NCBI GenBank assembly: GCA_023245335.1
Contig: JAHFKK010000001.1
Location: 1,000,019 to 1,064,018, forward strand
DNA: 64,000 bases
Reading direction: 5' to 3'
Source: Candidatus Gottesmanbacteria bacterium
Lineage (GTDB): Bacteria > Patescibacteriota > Microgenomatia > UBA10105 > UBA927
Position 1 is the first letter of the stretch; every line of letters starts with the position of its first letter. This document shows positions 17,828-28,472 of this stretch, in pieces. A program made the position numbers and the translations under genes. A model generated the notes under the pieces. It was not told where the DNA came from. It saw only the letters and a program-made list of their open reading frames with translations, and did no database searches.

Positions 17828-19064
17828 GGATCGTGCTAACGACCTTCGCCTTGGAAGAATTTATATGACTCATGTGCAGTAACACGCCTATGGTAAACGG
17901 TAGAACCGGCGCTATATACAGCCACTCTCTCGCAAGCGTCACCTGATCCCCATGCGCAAGGAGCATATACAGCACAATGTAGCTTATGACCCGGGGGACG
18001 CCGAGGACGATATCGCGTTCGACGAGGAAATGATATTTGTCCCGCCAGTGATCCTTCACCGCATCGATCGCCTGGAAGGAAACCGTCGACAACCACGTAT
18101 TGATAAACGGCCCGGTAATCCCGGTGACGATCACAAATATCCAGAGCCCGGTCGTATTTTGCATGACAGCAAAAACAAGATTACCTGCGGCTAGCCCTAA
18201 GGATCCCAGCCAAAACCATCGGGGATCTTTCCTCAAAAATTTAGCGCTCACCACTCCGGTGACGGTACCCAAAAGATATGATATCGCCTGCGCAGCGCCT
18301 ACCCAGAATTCCTGCCGGAGGATAAGGTAAAAAAGCACCCCGGATATCGTACCGAATGCAACATCGTAGAGGCCAAGAAGCATCTGCTGGCCTAACACCA
18401 AGTTCCAAGTCCGGGTACGACTCTTCCGAAAAAGGTCACGATACGAAAACTGCGGGATCTCATGACTCGGCAATTTCCCGATAAAGAGAACCATGCAAAG
18501 GAGGAGAATAAACACAATGAAGAAAAGGAGTGCATACCCGGGGCTGACGCCGAAATAGAGTGTGGTCCCGGCAAGTGTAATGATGGATCCTCCGATAAAC
18601 GGCGCTATGGCACTAAGAAAGTTAATGACCGACATGGCCCAACCGAAATATTGTTCACGCCCCACCTCGTTGGTCAGGATATATTGGTTCAGGTTAAACG
18701 ATGCCCAAAACATTCCCCCGCCGAAGCCGCTGAATATCGCCAAAGGAAATAGGTAGTGTATGGCATTTCCCTGCAAGTAAAATAACAGAAGATAAAATAC
18801 CGCGCCGCATACGATGGAAATTTTCATCAAAAGACCGGAAGACACTCTGCGTAGTACCCAAGCCGCCGCAACGATAAAGACGAGAAGTGATACAAACGAC
18901 CATAACGAAAATAGCACTGTGGTCCTCAGGTCGCTATGCGCGAAAATGAATATCGTGACAAAGACCGATGCAAGTCCGTTGACGAAATAATCCAGTCCTT
19001 CGATAGTGATGAGATGCCGCTCATCGCGGGAAAGTGAGGCCATATATACATTATATATCAGCAC
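17820..19064 (-). CDS. Polytopic membrane transporter (MFS-like)
   Basis: 414 aa with about 12 hydrophobic segments. No clear signature. Confidence 0.45.
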   Translation of the reverse strand: MLIYNVYMASLSRDERHLITIEGLDYFVNGLASVFVTIFIFAHSDLRTTVLFSLWSFVSLLVFIVAAAWVLRRVSSGLLMKISIVCGAVFYLLLFYLQGNAIHYLFPLAIFSGFGGGMFWASFNLNQYILTNEVGREQYFGWAMSVINFLSAIAPFIGGSIITLAGTTLYFGVSPGYALLFFIVFILLLCMVLFIGKLPSHEIPQFSYRDLFRKSRTRTWNLVLGQQMLLGLYDVAFGTISGVLFYLILRQEFWVGAAQAISYLLGTVTGVVSAKFLRKDPRWFWLGSLGLAAGNLVFAVMQNTTGLWIFVIVTGITGPFINTWLSTVSFQAIDAVKDHWRDKYHFLVERDIVLGVPRVISYIVLYMLLAHGDQVTLAREWLYIAPVLPFTIGVLLHMSHINSSKAKVVSTIHE

Positions 19065-19170
19065 CCGCTTCCGAAGGACAGTATAATAAAGCTGTCTATA
19101 ATATCTGAAACTCTGGTCTCCCCATTTGCGTGCGCCTATAAAACATAAACGAAAGATAGGCTATAATTAA

Positions 19171-20190
19171 TCAATCCTTACGACTCAAACGCTCGTTTAT
19201 CTCCGTAACAACATTATCCGCGTTTCCCGATAAAATATGTATTTTTCTCGGTATTGTTGCGCTTATTAACTCACTAGACTCTTTGATTATTTTTTCAAAT
19301 TCCTCTTGCTTGGCGCTGAGCTGATCAAAAACAAAAAATGACTGATCGAATGTACCGTTATGCAATTCACGGGCTATATCAAATATATAGGCATTAAAAT
19401 TATATGTGTCACTTCCAAAAAACGTGCTTACCGAAAACTTAATTTCTTCCAGTTTAAAAACTCCATCAACTAAGTCTTCCCCTTTCGTTCCCAGATAACC
19501 ATTTCCCTTCTTTATGACCTCCATACCTTTTGTGTGCGCTATTCCTTCCAAGACGCTATCTTGATAAGCTTCATATTTTAACCTTTTTGTAGATTTTACC
19601 TCTGGAAACTCTTCCTCTAAGGATATAGTCGACGAATCTTTAGAGATATTTCTTTCAAGTTCTTTTATCATTTGTTCTCTATTTAATCCTGACAAACTTT
19701 TCTCATCAGGAAAGACGTTACGCACTATGTTTGTGGCCTGTTTATTCATTAAATCTTCAATTCTCTTTTCTGTAACCCCTGTCGATGATTCTATTCGTTT
19801 AAGTGCTTGAATTGTCTGAGTATATATTTCGTGTTGCATTTTTATCGAGGCATCACTTCTGTCTGTGATTACCCTTTCGGAATTTTTGCTCAACACAATT
19901 GCCGTTATGGCAAGTACAATCGACCCACCCGATAAAATAAATGAAAGGAACATATTAATTATATCGAGGGTAGAAAATATAATGTGTTCTTTTGCTATAA
20001 TATTTTGGAGTATGAATGCAACCCCTAAACCTAAAACAAATGCGATAACGATATGTATAATGAGCCAAAATAATTTATTCGCATAATTATTTTCGATGGA
20101 GCTAACCTTCTCAGAAGTCGGAGTTAGCTCAATTGGTAAATTTACTTTCCTAGTTGCCATAAAAAATCTGCCATTCAGCAGCGAAGCCAA
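19171..20190 (-). CDS. Membrane-anchored hypothetical protein
   Basis: Two N-terminal TM helices followed by a charged, coiled-coil-rich region. 339 aa. Confidence 0.45.
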   Translation of the reverse strand: MASLLNGRFFMATRKVNLPIELTPTSEKVSSIENNYANKLFWLIIHIVIAFVLGLGVAFILQNIIAKEHIIFSTLDIINMFLSFILSGGSIVLAITAIVLSKNSERVITDRSDASIKMQHEIYTQTIQALKRIESSTGVTEKRIEDLMNKQATNIVRNVFPDEKSLSGLNREQMIKELERNISKDSSTISLEEEFPEVKSTKRLKYEAYQDSVLEGIAHTKGMEVIKKGNGYLGTKGEDLVDGVFKLEEIKFSVSTFFGSDTYNFNAYIFDIARELHNGTFDQSFFVFDQLSAKQEEFEKIIKESSELISATIPRKIHILSGNADNVVTEINERLSRKD

Positions 20191-20230
20191 TATATTCCTA
20201 ATTTATTCTTTAGTCAAGTCAATTTTGATC

Positions 20231-20635
20231 TTATTTCCATCCAAATATCGCCCCGAAGAAGCCGGCAAGAGGTGAGACGTCCCACCAATGAAAAGTCCAG
20301 GTTGGGATCTCGGCCGGAGTGGCTGTCTTTGGTTTCGATCCAGTTGTCGGTGAGGCCGTGGTCGTCGGGGACGGGTTTGCGGTGGGTGTTGCTTCCAAAG
20401 TCGGACTCGGCAACGGCGTAACAGTAGGCTTGGGAGTCACCGTCGGCCGAGGCGTCGATGTCGGCCTTGGAGTAGATGTGATAACCGGTACGTAAACTGT
20501 CGGTGCGACATAAATGGGAGCCTGTTGCACAGGAGCAGATGTCGGTTGAGTGACCGCTCCCCCGCTACTACCGCCGCACATGACCATAGAGGCATACGAA
20601 CAGGATGAGCCCGTCCACCCGTCACTGCAGATCAC
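20231..20635 (-). CDS. Pro/Thr-rich secreted/anchored protein
   Basis: Low-complexity TPRPTSTPRPTVTPKPTVTPLPSPT linker, 134 aa. Confidence 0.4.
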   Translation of the reverse strand: MICSDGWTGSSCSYASMVMCGGSSGGAVTQPTSAPVQQAPIYVAPTVYVPVITSTPRPTSTPRPTVTPKPTVTPLPSPTLEATPTANPSPTTTASPTTGSKPKTATPAEIPTWTFHWWDVSPLAGFFGAIFGWK

Positions 20636-20834
20636 ATGACCATTACCCTGTGGGCCAGCACTACAACTGACCCCGTTGTGTCCGGAACAACAGCCGCTGG
20701 TCCCCAGAACTTTCGCGGGGGAAAAGAAAAACGTGGCAGCGATTATGAGGGGCAGGAGGACTAAGCGCTTAATGTATCCTCCAAACTGAGCAGTCTACCG
20801 GATTATAGCACGACCTGCTATCATTGCTACCCGT

Positions 20835-21182
20835 ATGCAAACAAGAGAAGCAAAACTCCTTAGTCTGATGATGCAGGACGATGTCGAGATCGAGGAACGG
20901 CTTATCGGCTCAACTATACCGGGCAAACGGATACGCGGCTATGTCAGCAGCTTTTCATTCAACACGAAGGACGGTGGGGGCTCCGGAACAAAATTTTTTG
21001 TCCGGGTGACGTCGACGGATTCGTATCTGTTTGAAACGGATTATAAATTGTCCAAATTTCCGGTTCGGATAAATGACTACGGCCAGATCATAGCTATCGT
21101 CCCCAAAGTGGCCATGCTCGATCAGGGATTAACGGAAATTCATATAACACGGTTTTCCCGCCCAATGCGTCAACGACCCTAA
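20835..21182 (+). CDS. Hypothetical protein
   Basis: 115-aa ORF. Confidence 0.35.
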   Translation: MQTREAKLLSLMMQDDVEIEERLIGSTIPGKRIRGYVSSFSFNTKDGGGSGTKFFVRVTSTDSYLFETDYKLSKFPVRINDYGQIIAIVPKVAMLDQGLTEIHITRFSRPMRQRP

Positions 21183-21191
21183 TGGTTGGGG

Positions 21192-21971
21192 CTAGCGTTG
21201 TTCGTTTAAGGTCTCCGGAAGAGAATTGCTCAACTGCATGGCAATATGGTCAGCCAATTCATCCATGCCGCCTCGTCTTAGTATATACGGCGATGTGTTG
21301 ATGAGTGTGGCTCCTGCGGGCGAATTATGTAAAGAGTAATACCGATCCAGCAATGCCAAAAAATCCATTTCCTTGCCGCGTTTCTTCATGACCGCCCTCC
21401 TCGTGTGCAGTCGGTGTTGCGCTGCATCTCCGTATTGCGCAACCACGGCGTACTTTATCCTGGCTTCCGGGACTATTTCGTCAGACGGCAAATCCGTGAC
21501 AAGCACTCCTCCGCCGGTACGTATAATCCCTTCCCGCACAATCGGCCGCATCAATTGACGTACGACGGTCGATTGCTCTACGGCCCCAGCCGCAATTTCC
21601 AATTTTCCGCGGCTCACCGGCCACGTCTCCGATAATGGATGGACAGTCAGATCACGACGTCCGCTGACAAGATGCATTCTGCCCTGGTCACTTCGTACGA
21701 TTTCAAAATGAGGTTTTCCCTTATCCTCCAGCCAAGTACGTATCAAATCCAGGCCTGCTTGGCGCATCTGCATTGGGCCTTCTTCCGGTTCATCGAAGAT
21801 ATGTTCCCGTAGGCCCTCATGGGCCACACGAAAAACAAGATCATCGGTGTCAAGGACTCGCATTCCCAACCGGCCCGCCAGAGGTAATGCTAACTCCATG
21901 CCTCCCGAACTGCGAGAACCCTGTATAGGAATAGTGGACTGCAGGGAAATTTGTTCCGACCGGACTGCCAT
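21192..21971 (-). CDS. Hypothetical conserved protein
   Basis: 259-aa ORF with no recognisable motif. Immediately upstream of the P-type ATPase. Confidence 0.45.
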   Translation of the reverse strand: MAVRSEQISLQSTIPIQGSRSSGGMELALPLAGRLGMRVLDTDDLVFRVAHEGLREHIFDEPEEGPMQMRQAGLDLIRTWLEDKGKPHFEIVRSDQGRMHLVSGRRDLTVHPLSETWPVSRGKLEIAAGAVEQSTVVRQLMRPIVREGIIRTGGGVLVTDLPSDEIVPEARIKYAVVAQYGDAAQHRLHTRRAVMKKRGKEMDFLALLDRYYSLHNSPAGATLINTSPYILRRGGMDELADHIAMQLSNSLPETLNEQR

Positions 21972-21987
21972 GATGGGAATTATACCA

Positions 21988-24564
21988 TTACGACGCCACT
22001 TCTTTTTTATAAAACCATAATTTCAGAAGTTCGACGAGCGTGATATAGAAAAATACTATTCCCATAAGCAGCACATAATACGTCATGGGCGGACGGACCA
22101 TCTGGAAAAATTTCCCGACCGGTGTAAACGGGAGAACGAGAGAAATCGCGACGATGACGACAAGCCCGCTTGCGAAAACCAGATTGATCTTGCTGCGGAC
22201 AAACGGAACGAGGTGGGTCCGGATACTCATGACGATGAGTGTTTGGGTGACGATGCTTTCGATAAACCACCCGGTCTGAAAAAGCGGCGCATTCGCTTTG
22301 AAGTACCAGAGAAGTAATCCGAATGTGATGAAATCAAATAGAGATGATACCGGTCCGAACACCAGCATAAATCGTTTGATACTCCCGATGCTCCATTTCC
22401 TCGGACGTGCGAGATACCCGGCATCTACCTGATCGTTGGCAAGAAGGAGCTGCGACGTGTCGTAAAAAAGATCGTTGAGAAGTACCTGGATAGGCAGTAA
22501 AGGCAGAAACGGCAGAAACACCGACGAAACCGCGATCGAAAGCATATTGCCGAAATTACTGCTCATACCCATATTGAGGTACTTCATGACATTGCCAAAC
22601 GTTCTCCGCCCTTCTATGACGCCTTCATATAGAACATGCAGTGATTTATGAAGAAGGATGATATCTGCCGATTCCTTCGCGACATCCGCAGCGTTATTTA
22701 CCGAAATGCCGATGTCAGACGCGCGTAGACTCGGCGCGTCGTTTATGCCGTCGCCCAGGTACCCTACCACTTTCCCCATCGCGCGTAGGCTTTTGAGAAC
22801 TTGGGCTTTTTCACTAGGATTCAACCGGGCAAATATGGTCGTTACGAGTGCCCGTTTCCCCAATTCCCCTTCGGTGAGACCGGCAATCTCCTCACCCTTC
22901 ATGACGCCTTTCACGGGAAGCCGGAGGTCTGCGCAAATTTTTTGCGTCACCAACTCGTTATCGCCGGTCAGTATCTTTATCTCTACCCCCGCATCAGCGA
23001 GCAATTTGAGAGATTCGACCGCGCTTGTTTTCGGAGGATCCTCAAACGTGAGAAACCCCATAAATACCAGATCTTTTTCATCATGAAACGTGAGCTTACC
23101 GGTGGCGGTCATCTCCCGGTAGCCTACGGCGAGCATCCGCAGTCCCTGCCGGCTGAACGATTCAAACGTCTGCCGCGCCTTTTTCATGAGAGTTGGGGTC
23201 ATAGCGATTACTTTTCCCCCGTCTGCATAGAAATCAGAAAGTTTCAGAAGTTCTTCCGGTGCACCTTTCACCATGAGAAGTTTTTTCTTTTCATGAGCAA
23301 AAAGTACGGATACGCGCTTGCGGAAGAAATCAAACGGAAGTGTCGCGAGGTATTGGTATCCGGCAACATCAATCGTTTTATGAGCGATGAGTGCTTCCTC
23401 CATCGGCCCTTTGTACCCCGTCTGGTGACGACTATTGAGATACCCGTAGAGATGGATACGCTCATCCCGCACACCCTTGAGATTGACGTAATCCATGAGC
23501 CTGATGGCATTCTCCGTGAGTGTCCCCGTTTTGTCCGTCGCGAGTATTTCGATACTGCCGAAATTTTCGATTGCCGGTAAACTTTTGACGATGACTCCTT
23601 TTTTCGACATACGTATGGCGCCTTTACTCAAGTTGATGGTCAGGATGACGGGCAGGAGTTCCGGCGCGAATCCTATGGCAAGCGCCAAAACAAAAAGGAG
23701 GGATGAAAGTATGTCGTGGCCGAGTACGATGTGGGAAAGAAGTACTATTCCGGAAACGATAAGTGCGGTTTTGGCGAGTAGCATGCCGAAATTATTGATC
23801 CCTTTCTCAAATTCCGTCTGTGGCCTGGGGGTAACTAACGATTTCGCGACCCCACCCAATTCAGTCGAGTTTCCTGTGATGACCACGACTGCGACGGCAA
23901 CGCCGCTTATGACATGCGTCCCCATGAATACGCAGTTAGTTCTTCCCGATACCGGGGCATCTGCTTTCGGTACTATGGTCAGATCCTTTTCCTGCGGATA
24001 TGATTCGCCCGTCAGGGTCGACTGATCTACCAACAAATCCGTCGCGGTCAGTAATCGGCAATCCGCGGGTACGATATCCCCGACCGACAAGCGTATGATG
24101 TCGCCCGGCACGAGACGCGATATCGGGATTTCCCTCTGTACGCCATCGCGAAGTACCGCTGCAGTCAGGGAGACGCGGGCACGGAGCTTTTCCGACGCAT
24201 CCGCCGCTTGGTGTTCCTGATACACGTCGAGCGTAATACTGATAAGAAGGATGACTAATATAATAATGAAGTCAGTAAGCTGTCCGAGAACCGCAGAGAT
24301 AAGAGCCGCGGCCAGAAGCAAAAGGATAAGAGGGTTGACGAGCTTCGAGATAAACCGGGTGAGAAGCGTATCTTTTTTCCGCTCCACGAAGACATTACGA
24401 CCGTACTCCCTCATTCTTCGCTCCGCAGCCTCCTCCGTGAGTCCCTCGGTAGACGTATGCAATGACGAAAGAATATCCTTCTCCCTCGTTACCCACCACC
24501 CCTTCAACAAATCCGCCATGAAATCAGTATACCACCGGCCTTTGTAAGCGAGTTCACTTCGCAA
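21988..24564 (-). CDS. Cation-transporting P-type ATPase (Mg2+/Ca2+ type)
   Basis: DKTGTLT phosphorylation motif, TGDN, GDGINDAPSL hinge, ~10 TM. 858 aa. Confidence 0.9.
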   Translation of the reverse strand: MRSELAYKGRWYTDFMADLLKGWWVTREKDILSSLHTSTEGLTEEAAERRMREYGRNVFVERKKDTLLTRFISKLVNPLILLLLAAALISAVLGQLTDFIIILVILLISITLDVYQEHQAADASEKLRARVSLTAAVLRDGVQREIPISRLVPGDIIRLSVGDIVPADCRLLTATDLLVDQSTLTGESYPQEKDLTIVPKADAPVSGRTNCVFMGTHVISGVAVAVVVITGNSTELGGVAKSLVTPRPQTEFEKGINNFGMLLAKTALIVSGIVLLSHIVLGHDILSSLLFVLALAIGFAPELLPVILTINLSKGAIRMSKKGVIVKSLPAIENFGSIEILATDKTGTLTENAIRLMDYVNLKGVRDERIHLYGYLNSRHQTGYKGPMEEALIAHKTIDVAGYQYLATLPFDFFRKRVSVLFAHEKKKLLMVKGAPEELLKLSDFYADGGKVIAMTPTLMKKARQTFESFSRQGLRMLAVGYREMTATGKLTFHDEKDLVFMGFLTFEDPPKTSAVESLKLLADAGVEIKILTGDNELVTQKICADLRLPVKGVMKGEEIAGLTEGELGKRALVTTIFARLNPSEKAQVLKSLRAMGKVVGYLGDGINDAPSLRASDIGISVNNAADVAKESADIILLHKSLHVLYEGVIEGRRTFGNVMKYLNMGMSSNFGNMLSIAVSSVFLPFLPLLPIQVLLNDLFYDTSQLLLANDQVDAGYLARPRKWSIGSIKRFMLVFGPVSSLFDFITFGLLLWYFKANAPLFQTGWFIESIVTQTLIVMSIRTHLVPFVRSKINLVFASGLVVIVAISLVLPFTPVGKFFQMVRPPMTYYVLLMGIVFFYITLVELLKLWFYKKEVAS

Positions 24565-24584
24565 TAACGGTAAAACGCGCTATA

Positions 24585-25133
24585 ATGCGTTCCTCTATGC
24601 CAAACCGGGAATATCAACCCAAAGAAGCAGCACCCTGGAAGGAACACACGACCGCATCAGCATCTGCGTCCGTATTTTTGTCTGATGATCAGGGTAGGCT
24701 CCTCATGGTCCAGGATATAGACGCCTACGGCGGAAAATGGTCGCCTATCGCGGGCTTTGTCGACGTCGCAAACAACGAGGAACCGGAAGTGGCGGCCCTT
24801 CGCGAAGCCAAAGAAGAATTGGGGCTCGATATCCGGCTCGATGAACTCTTAGGCGTATGGCACTATTATGCGGAAGACGGTCCCAAAAAATCCGATGAAA
24901 AAACTCATATGCACGTGGGCTACTCCTACACCGGCACCATCTTAGGCGGTACGTATACGATGCAAAAGGAAGAAATCCAAAATTACGGCTTCTTCACTCC
25001 CACTCAAATTGAAGACATGCACCGAAACGGGATACTCAAAACACCGCAGTACAACTATGTGGGATACAAACTCTGGCAAGCCGGCACCCGGCATCCTCTC
25101 AACGTCATCCAAACGAACGGGACGACACACTAA
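24585..25133 (+). CDS. NUDIX hydrolase
   Basis: Nudix box G..x..E...REAKEELGL (here EVAALREAKEELGLDI). Confidence 0.7.
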   Translation: MRSSMPNREYQPKEAAPWKEHTTASASASVFLSDDQGRLLMVQDIDAYGGKWSPIAGFVDVANNEEPEVAALREAKEELGLDIRLDELLGVWHYYAEDGPKKSDEKTHMHVGYSYTGTILGGTYTMQKEEIQNYGFFTPTQIEDMHRNGILKTPQYNYVGYKLWQAGTRHPLNVIQTNGTTH

Positions 25134-25134
25134 T

Positions 25135-25998
25135 TCACCGGATCGTATATCGGCTGTCTACATAGGAAGCAATACGGCCTTCCAGATCCGACAATCCGGC
25201 TAGATCTTTGATGTAATGACTCGTATCCAAAACGAGCGCCCCGGACGGGCGGTCCAGAAGTCCGTTCTCTTTGTCCATGCCGTCCCGCTCACGGATATAC
25301 CGCTGTTCACTGATGACGTCCTTGTGTGCCGTCGGGTCGTGTGCCACGCGGTACGTCGCCGATGCGTCTGGGCTCGCGAATAAATACAGTTTCACCTTCG
25401 CATCAGGGAAAAGATCCAGACCCGTTTTCCTGCCGATCACAATCACTCCCCCCAATTGCCCCGCCGAATCCCGCCAAAACTGATAGAGTTTCCATCGCAT
25501 CGCAGGAGATGAGGCGATGACGGCAGACAAATTTTCGATGGCCTTCTGTTTGGGATAGGTGATGAGTTCACCCAGCATATCACGGTCACCGACCATGACA
25601 CGTGCCGTATGCGAACCCTCCTTGGGTTTGTCGATCCGTAGCTTTTCCGGTAACTGATCGTAAAAATCGACGATCCGGTCGGCAAAATCGACAGGGATAG
25701 TTGTGACGTTTGACCCGTCTGTTTTTACCATTTTGCTTTCTATGGCCAATAGCGCCAGCGCTCGGACGGTCGTACCGGTGTTAAATATAGTGAGGTTGTA
25801 GCGGTTCGCGAGCTTCTCGGAAATGACGCGCTTGCCCGCGGTCGTTGACCCGTCCATAGTAATAATCATGGAATGACGATCTATGATTTCTTTGGGTTGG
25901 GCTGGCTGGCGTTCGAGTAGGCTCACCATATAATAAATTGCTCCGGGCTGTCGTTCATCTCCGTGTTTAAAAAAACTTGGAGCATTCCGACAGAGCAA
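25135..25998 (-). CDS. cmk: Cytidylate kinase, with insertions
   Basis: P-loop-like ITMDGSTTAGKRV at the N-terminus and a KLYLFASPDASATYR segment resembling the Cmk C-terminal KIFLTAS..RA.RR. 287 aa is longer than canonical. Confidence 0.55.
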   Translation of the reverse strand: MLCRNAPSFFKHGDERQPGAIYYMVSLLERQPAQPKEIIDRHSMIITMDGSTTAGKRVISEKLANRYNLTIFNTGTTVRALALLAIESKMVKTDGSNVTTIPVDFADRIVDFYDQLPEKLRIDKPKEGSHTARVMVGDRDMLGELITYPKQKAIENLSAVIASSPAMRWKLYQFWRDSAGQLGGVIVIGRKTGLDLFPDAKVKLYLFASPDASATYRVAHDPTAHKDVISEQRYIRERDGMDKENGLLDRPSGALVLDTSHYIKDLAGLSDLEGRIASYVDSRYTIR

Positions 25999-26137
25999 AT
26001 AAAGAATGTTACTGCGTTAGCCCGCAATTATACGCCATTACAGGAAATCACGCTACAAATACAATGGTTCCTGTCCTATAGATGAGAGGCATCCCGTATA
26101 GCCATTTCCGGGGATTTTCGCTAGACTAGGGACTACC

Positions 26138-26752
26138 ATGATTACCGAGGTAATCTTTGACATCGAATCCCAAAAGCTCTTCTCCGAAGTCGAAAACAAC
26201 GATCCGGCAAAATTGGGCGTTTCCATCGTGTCCGCCTATATCCGGGAGGTCAACGAAAATCAGGAAGAAGTGAGCGGTGAAATGAAATCCTTTTGGGAAG
26301 ACGAACTCGACGGACTCTGGCCGATACTCCTCTCTGCCAAACGGGTCATAGGCTTTAACACCCTCAAATTCGACGTACCGGTACTTACCCCGTACGCGCC
26401 TCCCGGAACTCTCGCAAAACTACCGCACCTAGACATCATGCAGCATGTACGAAATGCGCTCGGCCACTCATTGAGCCTCGCAACCCTTGGAGAAAACACG
26501 CTGGGACGGGGCAAAACCGACGTCGGCACCAACGCCGTCATCTACTGGAAATCCCATGATCCGGAAAGCCTCGCCAAGCTCAAATTCTATTGCGAAGCCG
26601 ATGTCGCCCTCACCCGCGACCTCTATGACTACGGAGTAAAAAACAAACTCCTCAAGTACGTGGATACCTGGAACAATCCCCAGACCTTTGCTGTAGACTT
26701 TTCCTACCCCAAAGAAGTGGTTGATGCGTCACGGCAGATTGGACTTTTTTAG
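26138..26752 (+). CDS. DEDD-family 3'-5' exonuclease (DnaQ-like)
   Basis: Exo I FDIES, Exo II GFNTLKFDVPVL, Exo III YCEADVALTRDLY. Confidence 0.6.
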   Translation: MITEVIFDIESQKLFSEVENNDPAKLGVSIVSAYIREVNENQEEVSGEMKSFWEDELDGLWPILLSAKRVIGFNTLKFDVPVLTPYAPPGTLAKLPHLDIMQHVRNALGHSLSLATLGENTLGRGKTDVGTNAVIYWKSHDPESLAKLKFYCEADVALTRDLYDYGVKNKLLKYVDTWNNPQTFAVDFSYPKEVVDASRQIGLF

Positions 26753-26757
26753 CCAGT

Positions 26758-27120
26758 CTACATCTTCATCTCACTGCCAAACTGGAAGTAGTTTCCATCC
26801 GGGTCCGCGAATGTCGACAGCCACATATCCGGCGATTCTCCGGGATGATACGGAACCGCTATGACTTTGGCTCCAAGCTTCTTGACTCTCGCAAATTCCG
26901 TCTTTACGTTTTTCGTGGAGAAGTTTATGAGAATCCGCTTGGGCTCTTTGGCCTTACCATGGACATCTTTATGCGGACCGACCATGAAATAACTGCCGTT
27001 TACGTCAAATCCGAAATAGTCTCCGCCGGTCCAACCCGGTTTCTTCCCGAAAACCTTTTGATAAAACGCCGCAAGCTTTTTCGGCTTGTCGGAAAATACA
27101 AGAACAGAATCAAGTTTCAT
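26758..27120 (-). CDS. VOC-family (glyoxalase/bleomycin-resistance) protein
   Basis: 120 aa, with motifs and length typical of the small VOC family. Confidence 0.65.
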   Translation of the reverse strand: MKLDSVLVFSDKPKKLAAFYQKVFGKKPGWTGGDYFGFDVNGSYFMVGPHKDVHGKAKEPKRILINFSTKNVKTEFARVKKLGAKVIAVPYHPGESPDMWLSTFADPDGNYFQFGSEMKM

Positions 27121-27237
27121 AATTGAAACCTCCTTCGTGACTCACTATACAACCGCTTTTTCCTGTTGTCTATAAGTAAGTGAGATATCGTACAAATGCG
27201 GCCGTACTAAACCGGTGATACAATAGATTTCTCATCC

Positions 27238-28461
27238 ATGAATATATCACTGACCGATCGATATCCTGCCCTGCGTTCCCGCGATTATCAGCTCCAGTGG
27301 ATCGGACAGTTCGTAAGTAACGCCGGTACCCAAATGCAAGTCGTGGCAATCAACTGGCAGTTATATGAGATGACGCACTCCCCGTTTGTATTGGCCATCT
27401 TAGGCGCTTCGCGGATCGTACCCGTCGTGTTGTTTTCCCTAATCGGCGGCACGATCGTCGACGCGCATAACCGGAAAAAAATACTTTATGTCACGCAAGC
27501 TGTTCAGGCAGTCATCGCGGCGCTGCAGGGATTTCTTACCTTCACCGGTCTCGCAAATCCCGTAAACCTCGTCGTGCTAAACGCGTTGCTCATCGCAGTA
27601 TACAGCCTCGATGGTCCCGCCCGGGCAGCGTTTATGCCGTCGCTCGTCAAACGCAAACACTACGGCAACGCGGTAAGCCTCAACATGATCGGGTACTACA
27701 TCTCAACCGTTGCGGGACCCGCGATCAGCGGGTTCGTCATCGCGTATCTGGGGGTAGCATCCGTATACTTTCTCGACGCTGTCTCATACGTCATTCTTTT
27801 ATTCACATTATTTGCCATCCAAGCCCACGGCAGGATCGAGGGTGATGTACAGCCCGCGAGCCTCGCAGCAATTATGGAAGGCCTGACGTTTATCAAATCC
27901 AAAACACTTATTTGGTCCACCATGCTTTTGGATTTCTTTGCCACGTTCTTTGCGGAAGCGACTATCCTCATCCCGGTATTTGCAAAAGACGTCCTTCACA
28001 TAGGCCCGGAGGGTATCGGGCTCTTGTACGCGGCCCCGTTTGTCGGCGGCACGATTATGGGTTTTGTCGCCGCTACCTACGGCAAACGCTTACATACCGG
28101 CCGCATACTCCTTTGGAGCATCATTATGTATGCTCTTGGCACCATCGTATTCGGCCTTTCTCATCTGTATTGGGTGAGCCTGGTCGCGTTAGTAGTAGTG
28201 GGCGCGGGAGACGGACTTTCCGCAGTCATCCGAAATATCATCCGACAGCTGTCAACGCCCGACCATATCCGTGGCAGGATGACTGCGATGAATCAGATAT
28301 TTTATTCCGGCGGACCTAATCTCGGCCAAGTGGAAGCAGGCGTCGTCGCCGGCCTTCTGGGCGCTCCCCTGTCCGTCATCGTCGGGGGCGTAGGGACGCT
28401 TATAGTCGTCGGCATCATGGGGTATGCAATTCCGGTATTACGCAATTATAAAGACGCCTAA
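27238..28461 (+). CDS. MFS transporter
   Basis: 407 aa, 12 TM. The G-x-[LIV]-[VI]-D-x-x-x-R-[RK] motif after TM2 (GGTIVDAHNRKK) is typical. Confidence 0.8.
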   Translation: MNISLTDRYPALRSRDYQLQWIGQFVSNAGTQMQVVAINWQLYEMTHSPFVLAILGASRIVPVVLFSLIGGTIVDAHNRKKILYVTQAVQAVIAALQGFLTFTGLANPVNLVVLNALLIAVYSLDGPARAAFMPSLVKRKHYGNAVSLNMIGYYISTVAGPAISGFVIAYLGVASVYFLDAVSYVILLFTLFAIQAHGRIEGDVQPASLAAIMEGLTFIKSKTLIWSTMLLDFFATFFAEATILIPVFAKDVLHIGPEGIGLLYAAPFVGGTIMGFVAATYGKRLHTGRILLWSIIMYALGTIVFGLSHLYWVSLVALVVVGAGDGLSAVIRNIIRQLSTPDHIRGRMTAMNQIFYSGGPNLGQVEAGVVAGLLGAPLSVIVGGVGTLIVVGIMGYAIPVLRNYKDA

Positions 28462-28472
28462 ACTCCTGTGAA